Shown in pieces: positions 38,004 through 47,626 of a DNA stretch of 64,000 nucleotides. The DNA is taken from NCBI GenBank assembly GCA_965219085.1, contig OZ244720.1, positions 2,720,001 to 2,784,000 of the forward strand, written 5' to 3'. Position 1 is the first letter of the stretch, and the number at the start of each line of letters is the position of its first letter. The translations under genes and the position numbers were made by a program. Source of the stretch: Dehalococcoidia bacterium (lineage in GTDB: Bacteria > Chloroflexota > Dehalococcoidia > UBA2979). Below the pieces are notes generated by a model. The model was not told the DNA's origin. It worked only from the letters and a program-made list of their open reading frames with translations, and ran no database searches.

Positions 38004-39641
38004 ATGAACGGCATCGAGGCGATCGCGCGCATCCTCAAGATCGAGAGCGTCGAGTGGCTGGCCTGCTACCCCAGCAACCCGCTCATCGAGGCGGCTGCGC
38101 GGGAGGGCATCCGCCCCATCGCGTTCCGCCACGAGCGCGGCGCGATCATGGCCGCCGACGGCTACAGCCGCACCAGCGACCGTCAGCGCTTCGGCGTCGT
38201 CGCCGTACAGTCGCAGGCGGGCGCGGAGAACTCGCTCGGTGGTATCGCGCAGGCGTTCGCCGACAACGTGCCGATCCTCGTGCTGCCGGGCGGCGTGAAC
38301 CTCAACCAGATCGCAGTGCGGCCGAACTTCTCGGCCGTGCAGAACTACGGCAGCGTCGCGCGACGCGTCGAGGCGATCTACACGCCGGAGCAGATCCCGG
38401 CGGTCATGCGGCGGGCGTTCCACGCGCTGCGCAACGGCCCGCCGGGCCCCGTCGTGGTCGAACTGACCGCCGACGTGATGTCGCGCGAGGCGCCCGAGTC
38501 GGCGCTCGACTACACGCCGCCGGCGCTCGTGCGCCAGGCGCCGGAGCCCGATGCCGTGCGCGCGGCGGTCTCGCTGCTGCTCGACGCCGAACGGCCGTTG
38601 ATCTGGTCGGGCGGGGGCGTGCTCTTCGCCCGCGCGACGGCGCAACTGCGCGCGCTGGCCGAACTCCTCGACGCACCCGTGTTCACGACGATGCCCGGCA
38701 AGTCGTCGTTCGACGAGCGCCACCCGCTCGCGGTCGGCGCGGGGGTGGGCACGACGACGCTCGCGGCGCATCGCCGCATCGGCGAGGCCGACGTGCTGCT
38801 CGCGCTCGGATCGAGCCTGACGCGCACCGGCTACGGGCAGTCGATCCGGCCCGGCACGCGCATCATCCACAACACCGCGAGCATCGAGGACGTGAACAAG
38901 GACGAGACCGCCGAGGTCGCCCTCCCCGGCGACGCCGCGCTCGTCATCGAAGCGCTGATCGAGGAGCTGCGCGAGCGCCTCGGCGACGACGTGCGCGAGG
39001 AAGGCGTCGCGGCCGGGATCGCTGCCGACCGCGACTCGTGGCTCGCCGAGTGGACGCCGCTGCTCGAGTCCGACGAGGTCCCGATCAACACCTACCGCGT
39101 GATCCACGAGATCGATCGCGTGCTCGACCGCGAGCGCAGCATCGTCACGCACGACGCGGGCGCGCCGCGCGACTCGATCGTGCCGTTCTTCACCGCGACG
39201 ACGCCGCACAGCTACGTCGGGTGGGGCAAGACGACGCACCTCGGGTTCAGCATCCCGTTGATGATCGGCGCGAAGCTCGCGCACCCCGACCGCTTCTGCC
39301 TCAACCTGATGGGCGACGGCGCGTTCGGCATGTCCGGCATGGACATCGAGACCTCGGCGCGCGCGGGCGTGCCGATCACCACGGTCGTGCTCAACAACGG
39401 CGGGATGGCCACCTACCCCGGCGGCTTCCCGACCGCGCGCGAGCAGTACGGCGTCTCGCACATGACCGGCAACTACGCGCAGATCGCCGAGGGCATGGGC
39501 GCCGTGGGCATCGAGGTTCTCGAACCCGGCGAGCTCGCGCCCGCGCTCGAACGGGCGCAGCAACTCAACGCCGAGGGGCGTACGGTGCTGATCGACGTGC
39601 ACTCGAACATGGAGGGGCGTCGCTCGCGTTTCGATCGCTGA
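38004..39641 (+). CDS. thiamine diphosphate-dependent enzyme (acetolactate synthase-like)
   Basis: RHERGA..AADGYSR, MGDGAFGM...VVLNN ThDP motif. Confidence 0.92.
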   Translation: MNGIEAIARILKIESVEWLACYPSNPLIEAAAREGIRPIAFRHERGAIMAADGYSRTSDRQRFGVVAVQSQAGAENSLGGIAQAFADNVPILVLPGGVNLNQIAVRPNFSAVQNYGSVARRVEAIYTPEQIPAVMRRAFHALRNGPPGPVVVELTADVMSREAPESALDYTPPALVRQAPEPDAVRAAVSLLLDAERPLIWSGGGVLFARATAQLRALAELLDAPVFTTMPGKSSFDERHPLAVGAGVGTTTLAAHRRIGEADVLLALGSSLTRTGYGQSIRPGTRIIHNTASIEDVNKDETAEVALPGDAALVIEALIEELRERLGDDVREEGVAAGIAADRDSWLAEWTPLLESDEVPINTYRVIHEIDRVLDRERSIVTHDAGAPRDSIVPFFTATTPHSYVGWGKTTHLGFSIPLMIGAKLAHPDRFCLNLMGDGAFGMSGMDIETSARAGVPITTVVLNNGGMATYPGGFPTAREQYGVSHMTGNYAQIAEGMGAVGIEVLEPGELAPALERAQQLNAEGRTVLIDVHSNMEGRRSRFDR

Positions 39642-39686
39642 TCGCAGGCGAAGGGATCCCGATCAGGGACACGGGAAGGGAACACG

Positions 39687-40475
39687 ATGCGTCCGAACAC
39701 GGTGAAGCGCGCGTGGCGCGCCGGTGAACGCACGATCGGCGCGTGGCTCGGGACGCCCTCGGCGCACGTCGCCGAGTCGATGGCGCACGCGGGCTTCGAC
39801 TGGCTGTGCATCGACATGCAGCACGGCGTGATCGACTACAACGACACCGTCAACATGCTGCGCGGCATCTCCACGACCGACACCATCCCGTTCGTACGCG
39901 TCCCCTGGAACGACCCACCGACGCTGATGAAGGTGCTCGACGCCGGAGCGTACGGCGTTGTGATCCCCCTCGTGAACAACCGCGAGGAGGCCGAGCGCGC
40001 CGTGTGGGCGTGCCGCTACCCACCGCAGGGCGGCCGCTCGTTCGGGCCTGCGCGCGCGACGATGTACGCGGGCGAGGGCTACGTCTCCGAGGCGAACGAC
40101 GAGATCGCGGTGATCTGCATGATCGAGACCGCCGAGGCGCTCGACAACCTCGACGACATCCTCAGCGTCGACGGGGTGGACTGCGCCTACATCGGCCCCT
40201 CGGACCTCGCGTACGCGATCGGCATGCAGCCGGCGGGCGACAACCCCGATCCGAGGCACCAGGCGACCGTGCTCGGCATCCTCGAGGCCTGCAAGCGCCA
40301 CGGCGTGGCGCCGGGCTGCCACACCGGCAGCGTCGAGTACACGACGAAGTGGCTCGACGCCGGATTCCAGATGGTCACGCTCGGGGCGGACGGCGCGTTC
40401 ATGCGCAGGGCGGCCGACGCAGACCTCGCCGCCGCGCGCGAGCAGACGGGCGTTCCGCCGCTGCGGGGGGACTAG
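39687..40475 (+). CDS. HpcH/HpaI (GarL-like) class II aldolase
   Basis: FDWLCIDMQHG, VRVPWND, RYPPQGGRSFG, MIET, IGPSDL. Confidence 0.92.
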   Translation: MRPNTVKRAWRAGERTIGAWLGTPSAHVAESMAHAGFDWLCIDMQHGVIDYNDTVNMLRGISTTDTIPFVRVPWNDPPTLMKVLDAGAYGVVIPLVNNREEAERAVWACRYPPQGGRSFGPARATMYAGEGYVSEANDEIAVICMIETAEALDNLDDILSVDGVDCAYIGPSDLAYAIGMQPAGDNPDPRHQATVLGILEACKRHGVAPGCHTGSVEYTTKWLDAGFQMVTLGADGAFMRRAADADLAAAREQTGVPPLRGD

Positions 40476-40477
40476 CC

Positions 40478-41560
40478 ATGCCGAACGTGGACGCCGCCGA
40501 GCTGACGAGCTATATCACGCGCATCTTCGAGTCGCTGGGCGCGCCCGCGGCGGATGCCGACAATGTCGCCTCGCACCTCGTCGACGCAAACCTGAAGGGG
40601 CACGACTCGCACGGTGTGATCCGCGCCTCGCAGTACGTCGCGCGCACGCAGGAGGGTCGCTACGTGCCGGGCACGACGCCCGTCATCGAGCAGGACACGG
40701 CCACCACGACCGTCGTGAACGGCAACTGGAACTACGGCCAGGTCGTGGGGCGCTTCACGATGGACGCCGCCATCACGAAGGCGCGCGACCAGGGCGTCTC
40801 GGTCGCTGTCGCGCACCGAGGCGGTCACGCGGGACGCATCGGCGCGTATGGCGAGCAGGCGGCCGCGGCAGGTATGATCGCCATCGCCTGCGTGAACCTG
40901 CACGGCGGCGGCCAGCTCGTCGCGCCGTTCGGCGGCGGGCGACGCCGCCTCGGCACGAACCCCATCGTCTTCGCCGCGCCCACACCGGACCCCGAGGCCC
41001 CGTTCGTGCTCGACATGGCGACCTCCGTCGGCGCCGAGGGCAAGGTGCGCGTCGCGCGCAACCGCGGCGCCGAGCTCGCGCCCGGCTGGATCCTCGACGG
41101 CGAGGGTCGCCCCTCGACGGACCCGCTCGACCTCTACGGCGGCGACCCGCCGGGATCGAGGCAGCCGGGCGCGCTGCTGCCCGTCGGCGGCCCGGTCGGC
41201 TACAAGGGCTTCGGCCTGTCGATGGCCGTCGAGTTCCTCGCTGGTGCGCTGCTCCCGACGGTGACGACGCGGCCCGACGACGAGGTGGGCGGCAACGCGA
41301 TCTTCATGACGGTGATCGACCCGGAGCACTTCGCCGGTCGAGGTCCGTTCGAGGAGAGCCTGTCGAACCTCATCGAGATGGTGAAGGAGCCGCCGTTCGC
41401 CGAGGGCTTCGACGGGGTGATGACGGCCGGAGAGCCGGAGCGCCGCCGCAAGGCGGAGCGCCTGGCGAACGGCATCGACATCGAGGACTCGACGTGGAAC
41501 CAGCTCATCGAGGCCGCGGCCTCGGCGGGCGTCGGCCCGTACGACGGGGCGATGCAGTAG
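40478..41560 (+). CDS. Ldh_2 family (malate/lactate/ureidoglycolate) dehydrogenase
   Basis: ANLKGHDSHG, HAGRIG, GTNPI, LDMATS, YKGFGL. Confidence 0.92.
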   Translation: MPNVDAAELTSYITRIFESLGAPAADADNVASHLVDANLKGHDSHGVIRASQYVARTQEGRYVPGTTPVIEQDTATTTVVNGNWNYGQVVGRFTMDAAITKARDQGVSVAVAHRGGHAGRIGAYGEQAAAAGMIAIACVNLHGGGQLVAPFGGGRRRLGTNPIVFAAPTPDPEAPFVLDMATSVGAEGKVRVARNRGAELAPGWILDGEGRPSTDPLDLYGGDPPGSRQPGALLPVGGPVGYKGFGLSMAVEFLAGALLPTVTTRPDDEVGGNAIFMTVIDPEHFAGRGPFEESLSNLIEMVKEPPFAEGFDGVMTAGEPERRRKAERLANGIDIEDSTWNQLIEAAASAGVGPYDGAMQ

Positions 41561-41621
41561 GCCCCCGTGGGCTCGACACACCAAACTCCCATGCTTCAGA
41601 TGCGAGGAGGAGGCGCCGCGC

Positions 41622-42122
41622 ATGGAGGCAACCGGGCTCTTCGAGAATGCGATCGAGTGGTTGCGGGAGCACTACGCGGAATTCCGATTCTTCGCGGAGC
41701 GCGATCTCGTCTGGACCGTCCAATGCCGGCTCCTGGAGCAGATAGAAGACGGCGACCTCGCCTTTCGCGTCTTCAATGACCAGAGGGTTGGTAGCAGGCG
41801 AGCCGACCTTGCAGTGATGGAAGGCGACACCGTCGTGGTTGCCGTGGAGTTCAAGTACGAACCCAGTCACGAGCGCGACGATCGTCAAGGCGGGGACATC
41901 AGGCACACCAAATTCCCCGTCGTCGATTGGGGAGAAGTCTGCACGGACATTGACCGTGTCCATGAGTTTGTGGCGCAACATCGCGCCCGAGCGGCGTACT
42001 CGATCTTTGTGGACGAAGGAGGGGCGTTTCGTGAGCGCCCAACCCCCGCAGGAAGTCACTGGTGCGAGTGGGGCGCAGGCCTATCGGTGCTCTGGTCACA
42101 TTGGCGCGCGGTTCAACCCTGA
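41622..42122 (+). CDS. hypothetical protein, putative PD-(D/E)XK nuclease fold (foreign islet)
   Basis: AERDL, RADLAV...VAVEFKYEP; GGAGGAGG RBS; atypical codon usage. Confidence 0.55.
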   Translation: MEATGLFENAIEWLREHYAEFRFFAERDLVWTVQCRLLEQIEDGDLAFRVFNDQRVGSRRADLAVMEGDTVVVAVEFKYEPSHERDDRQGGDIRHTKFPVVDWGEVCTDIDRVHEFVAQHRARAAYSIFVDEGGAFRERPTPAGSHWCEWGAGLSVLWSHWRAVQP

Positions 42123-42147
42123 TCGGCGAGGGCTCGATGCGGTAGGG

Positions 42148-43122
42148 CTACCGCGAGTTGATCACTTCAGGGTTGACGATCGCGGGCGGGGTCTCGCCCG
42201 CGAGCACGGCAAGCACGTTGTTCACCGCGAGCTCGCGCATCAGGTAGCGCGTCTCCCCCGTCGCCGTGCCGATGTGCGGAAGCACGATCACGTTCGGCAG
42301 GCCCGGCAGCGGGTCGGCCGGGTCCGGCGGCTCCACCTCCAGCACGTCGAGCGCCGCGCCGGCGATCGAGCCCGCCTCGAGGGCTTCGCGCAGCGCGGCC
42401 TGATCCACGACCGGGCCGCGCGAGGTGTTCACCAGGTAGGCGTCGCTGCGCATCAACGCCAGCTCGCGCGCGCCGATGAGGCCGTGCGAGGTGGCGTTGA
42501 GGTCGGTGTGCAGGCTCACGAAGTCGGACTCGCGCAGCAGGTCGTCGAGGGGGCGGTACTGGCTCTCCGGCGCGCCTTCGGGCAGGTCCTCGAACACATC
42601 GGTCCACAGCGTGCGCATGCCGAGCAGCTGCATGCGCCGCGTGACCTCGCGGCCGATGCGGCCGAAGCCGACCACACCGAGGACCTTGCCGCCGATGTCG
42701 TGCCCGAGGGGCAGCCGCGGGGCGCGTTCGGCCCAGCGGCCGCTGCGCGCGTAGGCCTCGTACGGGAAGAGCTGGCGCGCGAGCGCCACGATGAGCGTCA
42801 TGGTGAGGTCGGTGACGGCGGTGTTGAGCACGCCCGGCGTGTTGCAGATCGCGATCCCGCGCTCGGTGGCGAGTGCCACGTCGAAGTTGTCGTAGCCGAC
42901 GCCCGTGCCGGCGACGACGCGAAGGTGCGGGGCAGCATCGAAGAGCGCGGCGCCCGCTACACGCAGCGGCGACATGATGACGCCTTGCGCGTCGCCGAGC
43001 GTGGCGTGGAGTTCGTCGTCGGGCGCTGTGGGCTCGACGTGCCGGACCTCGCCGACAGCTTCGAGGCGTGCGAGGAATTCAGTTTCGACGGGCGTGGCGA
43101 CGCAGATCGTGGGCCGGCTCAC
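42148..43122 (-). CDS. D-2-hydroxyacid dehydrogenase (glyoxylate reductase-like)
   Basis: GVGYDN, NTPGVL, GFGRIG, VNTSRG, LDVLEVEP, LPHIG. Confidence 0.92.
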   Translation of the reverse strand: MSRPTICVATPVETEFLARLEAVGEVRHVEPTAPDDELHATLGDAQGVIMSPLRVAGAALFDAAPHLRVVAGTGVGYDNFDVALATERGIAICNTPGVLNTAVTDLTMTLIVALARQLFPYEAYARSGRWAERAPRLPLGHDIGGKVLGVVGFGRIGREVTRRMQLLGMRTLWTDVFEDLPEGAPESQYRPLDDLLRESDFVSLHTDLNATSHGLIGARELALMRSDAYLVNTSRGPVVDQAALREALEAGSIAGAALDVLEVEPPDPADPLPGLPNVIVLPHIGTATGETRYLMRELAVNNVLAVLAGETPPAIVNPEVINSR

Positions 43123-43205
43123 GTCACCCCCCGCCGAGGCGCCCGACATCGAAGCGCCGTGTACTGAAGCGTCTGTATTGAACGCCTGTGTCGAGGCGCC
43201 GGGCA

Positions 43206-43227
43206 GGGGCGGGCCGGAGCCCGCCCC
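43206..43227 (-). terminator. hairpin downstream of acyl-CoA dehydrogenase
   Basis: ggggcgggc-cgga-gcccgcccc. Confidence 0.55.
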
Positions 43228-43246
43228 CCATTCGGCGACGACTCGA

Positions 43247-44473
43247 CTAGCCGCGCGGCAGGCCGAGCCCGCGCGTGGCGATGATGTTGCGCTGGATCTC
43301 GCTCGATCCGCCGGCGATGGTCAGCACCACCGCGTGCACGTAGACCTGCGTCGGCTCAGCAGCCACCGCCGAGCGCGGGTCGTCGCCGTCCCAGATGTTC
43401 GAGTAGAGCCCGAAGGCCTTCATCCCGGCGCGGGCGACCCGCTGGCGCAGCTCGGTGTAGAACATCTTGCCCATCGACGCCTCGTAGTTGGGCAGCATCC
43501 CGGCCGCCTGCATCGAGGCGACGCGGAGCGACAGGTTGAACATCACCTCGGACGCGATGTAGGCGTCGGCGATCTCGGCGCGGGCGCGCTCGAGGCCCCC
43601 GTGCTCGCGCTGTGCCTCGCCGTCGGGCGAGTGGGCGTGCTCGATGATGCGGTCGAGGAACTGCTGGTTCTCGATCGCGCCGCCGATGCCGGAGCGCTCG
43701 TAGTCGAGCAGGGTCATGCCGACGTACCAGCCGCGGTTTTCCTCGCCGATCATCTGGTCGGCGGGGACGCGCACGTCCTCGTAGAAGGTCTCGTTGGTGG
43801 CGTGGCGGAAGCCCATCGAGACGATGGGGCGGACGGAGATGCCGGGCGTCGTCCTGTCCATCACGAAGAACGAGATGCCGCGGTGCTTCGGGGCGTCCGG
43901 GTCGGTCCGGAACATGCCGAAGATCCAGTTGGACTTGTGGCCCGAGGAGGTCCACATCTTCTGGCCGTTGATGACGTACTCGTCGCCGTCGCGCACCGCG
44001 CGCGTCTGCAGCGAGGCGAGGTCCGAGCCGGCGCCCGGCTCGGAGAAGCCCTGCGCCCACAGCATCTCGCCGCGCAACGTCGGCGCGAGGAACTTCTGCT
44101 TCTGCTCCTCGGTGCCGTGCACGAGGATCGTCGGGCCGAGGAGGCGCAGGCCGCCGCCGCCGACCGGTGGCGCGCCGGTGTAGGCCATCTCGGAGTTGAA
44201 GATGAACTGTTCCATGCTGGTCAGGCCGGCGCCGCCGTATTCCGTGGGCCAGTGCGGGGCCGCCCAGCCGTGCTCGGCAAGGGCGTCCGCCCACGCAAGC
44301 GCGGCCTCGCGGGCGTTGTCCTCGCCGATGGCGATGTCGGCCTGCCAGTCGTTCTCGCCGGAGGGGTCGGCCTCCTGGGCGCGCGCCTTGTAGAAGGCGG
44401 GCAGGCGCGCATCGATGAACGACCGTACTTCGTCCCGGAATACGGCTTGTGCGTCTGAGTCGGCCCAGTCCAT
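43247..44473 (-). CDS. acyl-CoA dehydrogenase (paralog of 9505-10719)
   Basis: MDWAD start, WAQGFSEPGAGSDL, identical C-terminus IAGGSSEIQRNIIATRGLGLPRG. Confidence 0.93.
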   Translation of the reverse strand: MDWADSDAQAVFRDEVRSFIDARLPAFYKARAQEADPSGENDWQADIAIGEDNAREAALAWADALAEHGWAAPHWPTEYGGAGLTSMEQFIFNSEMAYTGAPPVGGGGLRLLGPTILVHGTEEQKQKFLAPTLRGEMLWAQGFSEPGAGSDLASLQTRAVRDGDEYVINGQKMWTSSGHKSNWIFGMFRTDPDAPKHRGISFFVMDRTTPGISVRPIVSMGFRHATNETFYEDVRVPADQMIGEENRGWYVGMTLLDYERSGIGGAIENQQFLDRIIEHAHSPDGEAQREHGGLERARAEIADAYIASEVMFNLSLRVASMQAAGMLPNYEASMGKMFYTELRQRVARAGMKAFGLYSNIWDGDDPRSAVAAEPTQVYVHAVVLTIAGGSSEIQRNIIATRGLGLPRG

Positions 44474-44655
44474 GGAACCTCCTTGTTCGTCTGAATGCGC
44501 GGCGATGATACCCGCTGGCCATAGCACGCGCCGCACGTTGAAGCGTCCGTGAGCCGGGCGTCGCCGGGCCTCGGAGCGCCTCGCGCCCCCTGGGCGGGTC
44601 GACGCCTACAATCGCGCGTACGTCCCGCCGCGCCGCGGGACGCCGGGAGACGCGC

Positions 44656-45990
44656 GTGGCACAGGCACAGACCAACGGAGCGTCTGCCCCGCGCATCGAG
44701 GAGCGCCGTCCGGGGCGCATGGACGCGCTGCGCATCCGCGACTTCCGGCTCCTCTTCATCAGCACGGTCAGCTCCGGCTTCGGCCAGTGGGCGCAGATGA
44801 TCGGGCTGAACTGGCTCGCCTACGTGCTCAGTGGCGAATCGGCGACGCAGCTCGCGCTCGTCGCCTCGGCCGGCGGGGCGGCGCGGCTCGTGGCCGGCCC
44901 GGCGATCGGGGTGATCCTCGATCGCTACGCCCGCCGCAACGTGCTCGTGTGGACGACGGTGCTGAGCGCGGTGAAGGGCGTCGCGCTGGGCGTGCTCGTC
45001 GTCACGGACCTCGTCAACATGCCGATGGTCTACGTCTTCTCGGTGCTCGAGGGCGCCGTCAGCATGGCGAACCAGAACGCCCGGCAGGCGTTCGTCTACG
45101 ACGTGACCACGGAAGGCACGCTTGCCAACGCCGTGGCGCTGAACTCGATCGCGCAGAACATGGCGCGCATCGCCGGGCCGCCGCTGACCGGGATGATGAT
45201 CGGGCTGCTCGGCACGGCCGCGCCGTTCCTGTTCATCGGTGTGGTGATGCTGATCGCGACCGTGTTCACGCTGGCGATCAGCACGAACACACGGCAGGCC
45301 GCGCCGGATCGCGAGAACCCGCTGCGCAGCATGTGGCTCGGCGTCGCGTACGTGTCGAAAGATCGCGCGATGCTCGGGCTGATCCTGACCTCGGTCGTGC
45401 CGGCGTTGACCGTCTACCCCTACGTCCAACTCCTGCCCGTCTTCGCCGAGGAGGTGCTGGGCGCCGGCGCGACGGGGTACGGACTGCTCGCGGCGGCGAT
45501 CGGGTGGGGCTCGTTCTCCGGGCTGGTCGGGCTTTCGATCTACGGCGACGTGCGACGCAAGGGTCTCGTGCTGCTGTTGTTCTTCATCGGCTACGTCGGC
45601 TCGCTGATCCTGTTCACACAGTCGAACGTGCTGGTGCTGGCGCTCGTGTTCCTGGTCTGCGCCGGGCTGTTCCACGGCGTGGCGATCACCCTCGCCCAGA
45701 CCCTCGTCCAGCTGCTCGCCCGCAACGATATGCGTGGCCGCGCGACCTCGCTGTTCGCGATGGGCTTCGGGCTCATGCCCCTCGGCGCGCTGCCGATGGG
45801 ACTCGCCATCGACGCCTTCGGGGCGCAACACGCGGTCGGCGGCTTCATGATGGTGTCGTTCGTGTTCTTCATCTTCCAGGCGCTGACCTGGAAGTCGCTG
45901 CGCGGCGCCGGCTCGCCGCTCCGCCAGCCGACGCACGTCGCGATGCACCTCGTCGAGACTCCCGCGAGCGTGGCTGAGCCTGTGCGATAG
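44656..45990 (+). CDS. MFS transporter
   Basis: ALRIRDFRLL, ILDRYARR, ANAVALNS, MRGRA; about 12 TM. Confidence 0.9.
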   Translation: MAQAQTNGASAPRIEERRPGRMDALRIRDFRLLFISTVSSGFGQWAQMIGLNWLAYVLSGESATQLALVASAGGAARLVAGPAIGVILDRYARRNVLVWTTVLSAVKGVALGVLVVTDLVNMPMVYVFSVLEGAVSMANQNARQAFVYDVTTEGTLANAVALNSIAQNMARIAGPPLTGMMIGLLGTAAPFLFIGVVMLIATVFTLAISTNTRQAAPDRENPLRSMWLGVAYVSKDRAMLGLILTSVVPALTVYPYVQLLPVFAEEVLGAGATGYGLLAAAIGWGSFSGLVGLSIYGDVRRKGLVLLLFFIGYVGSLILFTQSNVLVLALVFLVCAGLFHGVAITLAQTLVQLLARNDMRGRATSLFAMGFGLMPLGALPMGLAIDAFGAQHAVGGFMMVSFVFFIFQALTWKSLRGAGSPLRQPTHVAMHLVETPASVAEPVR

Positions 45991-46005
45991 GGCGCCACGA
46001 GGCGA

Positions 46006-47361
46006 TCAGGTGGGCCGCGCGCCCACGTGGTGCATGCCGCCGTGCGTCGTCGCCCCCATGGTCGCGGAGGCGAGCGGCGCGGCGGCGGGCTCAGCCTCAT
46101 CCGGGTTCTCGTAGGGCCGACGCCGGATGAGCAAGATCGCGAACGCCGCCACGGCGGAGAGCAGGCCGTAGGTCGTGAACACCGGCACGAAGCTGCCCGT
46201 GCGGTCGAAGACGATCCCGGCGATGATCGGTGAGATGACGGCGACCGGCATCGCCACGGCGTTCACGAGCGCGTTGATGGTCGCGAACCGCCTCGGGCCG
46301 AAGAAGTCGGCGACGATCGCCGTGTGCAGCACCACCCACGCCGCCTGGCCGAACGCGAACGTCGCGTAGTACGGCACGAGCAGCCAGAGGCGTCCGCTCG
46401 ACACCGAGGCGAGCACGACGATGCCGACGGCCTGTAGCGCGAACGCCGCCATCAGCAGCCTTTGCCGCCCGATACGGTCGCCGAGCAGGCCGCTCGTCGG
46501 GCGGAAGATGACCTGCGAGAAGGCATAGCCGACGCCGACCGATGTCGCGTACCCGACCCCCAGACCCTGCTCGCGCAGGTGCGGGAACTGGTAGACCACC
46601 CAGCCCTGCACCGTCGCGACGTTCGCGCACTGCGCGAGCGCGAGCAGGTAGAAGGCTGGGGTGCGCAGCGCCTGCCCGACGCTGTCGCCGGTCATCGCGA
46701 ACGGCGTCGCGCCCGCGTGTCGCGCCCGGAGCGGCTCGCCGTCGGGTTCGAGGCCCATCACCGAGGGGTCGTTGCGCATGGTGAAGGTGAGCGGCAGCGC
46801 GATCACGAGGATCAGGCCGGCCGAGACGACGAGTGTGCCGCGCCACCCGAAGGTGGTGATGAGGACCGCGATCAGCGGGACCAGGGCGAAGCCCGAGCCG
46901 TTCCCGGAGTTGAGGAAGCCCATCGCGCGGCCCCGCTTGACCTGGAACCAGCGCACGATCAGCGCCGAGTAGGGCATGAAGGTGCTTGAGCTCTGCCCGA
47001 TCGCCAGCACGATGCTCGCGCCGTAGTACATCGGGAGCGAGCGCGCCTGCGAGAGCAGCACGAGGCCGATGGCGAGGACCACCAGGCCGGCGCGCGCCAT
47101 GATCCGCGGCCCGAAGCGGTCGATGAACGCCCCGGCGAACGGCCCGAACACGCCCTGCTCGAGCGCGCGGATCGAGAAGCCGGCGGCGACGGCGGCCGTG
47201 GTCCAGCCGGTCTCCTCGCGGATCGGCTCGATGAAGACGCCGAAGCTCCAGATCGCCATGCCGGAGACGAGGAAGTTGGAGGTCGCGCCGGAACCGACGA
47301 TGTACCAGCCGAAGTAGAGGCCCCGCGCGCGTGAGCTGAGTGAGCGGGGCGGTGCCGTCAT
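46006..47361 (-). CDS. MFS transporter
   Basis: YFGWYIV, IDRFGPR, WF..KRGRA, GDRIGR. Confidence 0.9.
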   Translation of the reverse strand: MTAPPRSLSSRARGLYFGWYIVGSGATSNFLVSGMAIWSFGVFIEPIREETGWTTAAVAAGFSIRALEQGVFGPFAGAFIDRFGPRIMARAGLVVLAIGLVLLSQARSLPMYYGASIVLAIGQSSSTFMPYSALIVRWFQVKRGRAMGFLNSGNGSGFALVPLIAVLITTFGWRGTLVVSAGLILVIALPLTFTMRNDPSVMGLEPDGEPLRARHAGATPFAMTGDSVGQALRTPAFYLLALAQCANVATVQGWVVYQFPHLREQGLGVGYATSVGVGYAFSQVIFRPTSGLLGDRIGRQRLLMAAFALQAVGIVVLASVSSGRLWLLVPYYATFAFGQAAWVVLHTAIVADFFGPRRFATINALVNAVAMPVAVISPIIAGIVFDRTGSFVPVFTTYGLLSAVAAFAILLIRRRPYENPDEAEPAAAPLASATMGATTHGGMHHVGARPT

Positions 47362-47401
47362 GCGCTCCTTTATTCGCGACCGCGGGTCTTACGGCAAGCC
47401 T

Positions 47402-47513
47402 GCGGCCGGAGGCCGCATGATCGTGCCCGCGGCCGGAGGCCGCATGATCGTGCCCGCGGCCGGAGGCCGCATGATCGTGCCCGCGGCCGGAGGCCGCATG
47501 ATCGTGCCCGCGG
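47402..47513 (+). repeat. tandem array of four perfect 27-nt hairpin-containing units
   Basis: GCGGCCggaGGCCGCatgatcgtgccc x4 in the divergent MFS/SDR intergenic region. Confidence 0.95.
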
Positions 47514-47626
47514 TGCGTAGTAGGTTACGCCTCGCCGCCGAGCACTCGGCGCGAGGCAGCGGGACATCACCAATCCGGAGCACGTGCGGGGCGCCCCCCA
47601 CATTCCGAAGCACAGGGAGGCATGGG

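Noticed and set aside
47360-47626. N-terminal PAAGGRMIV repeats on the SDR
   Set aside because: Likely translation through the intergenic array; the SDR has its own RBS and start at 47627.
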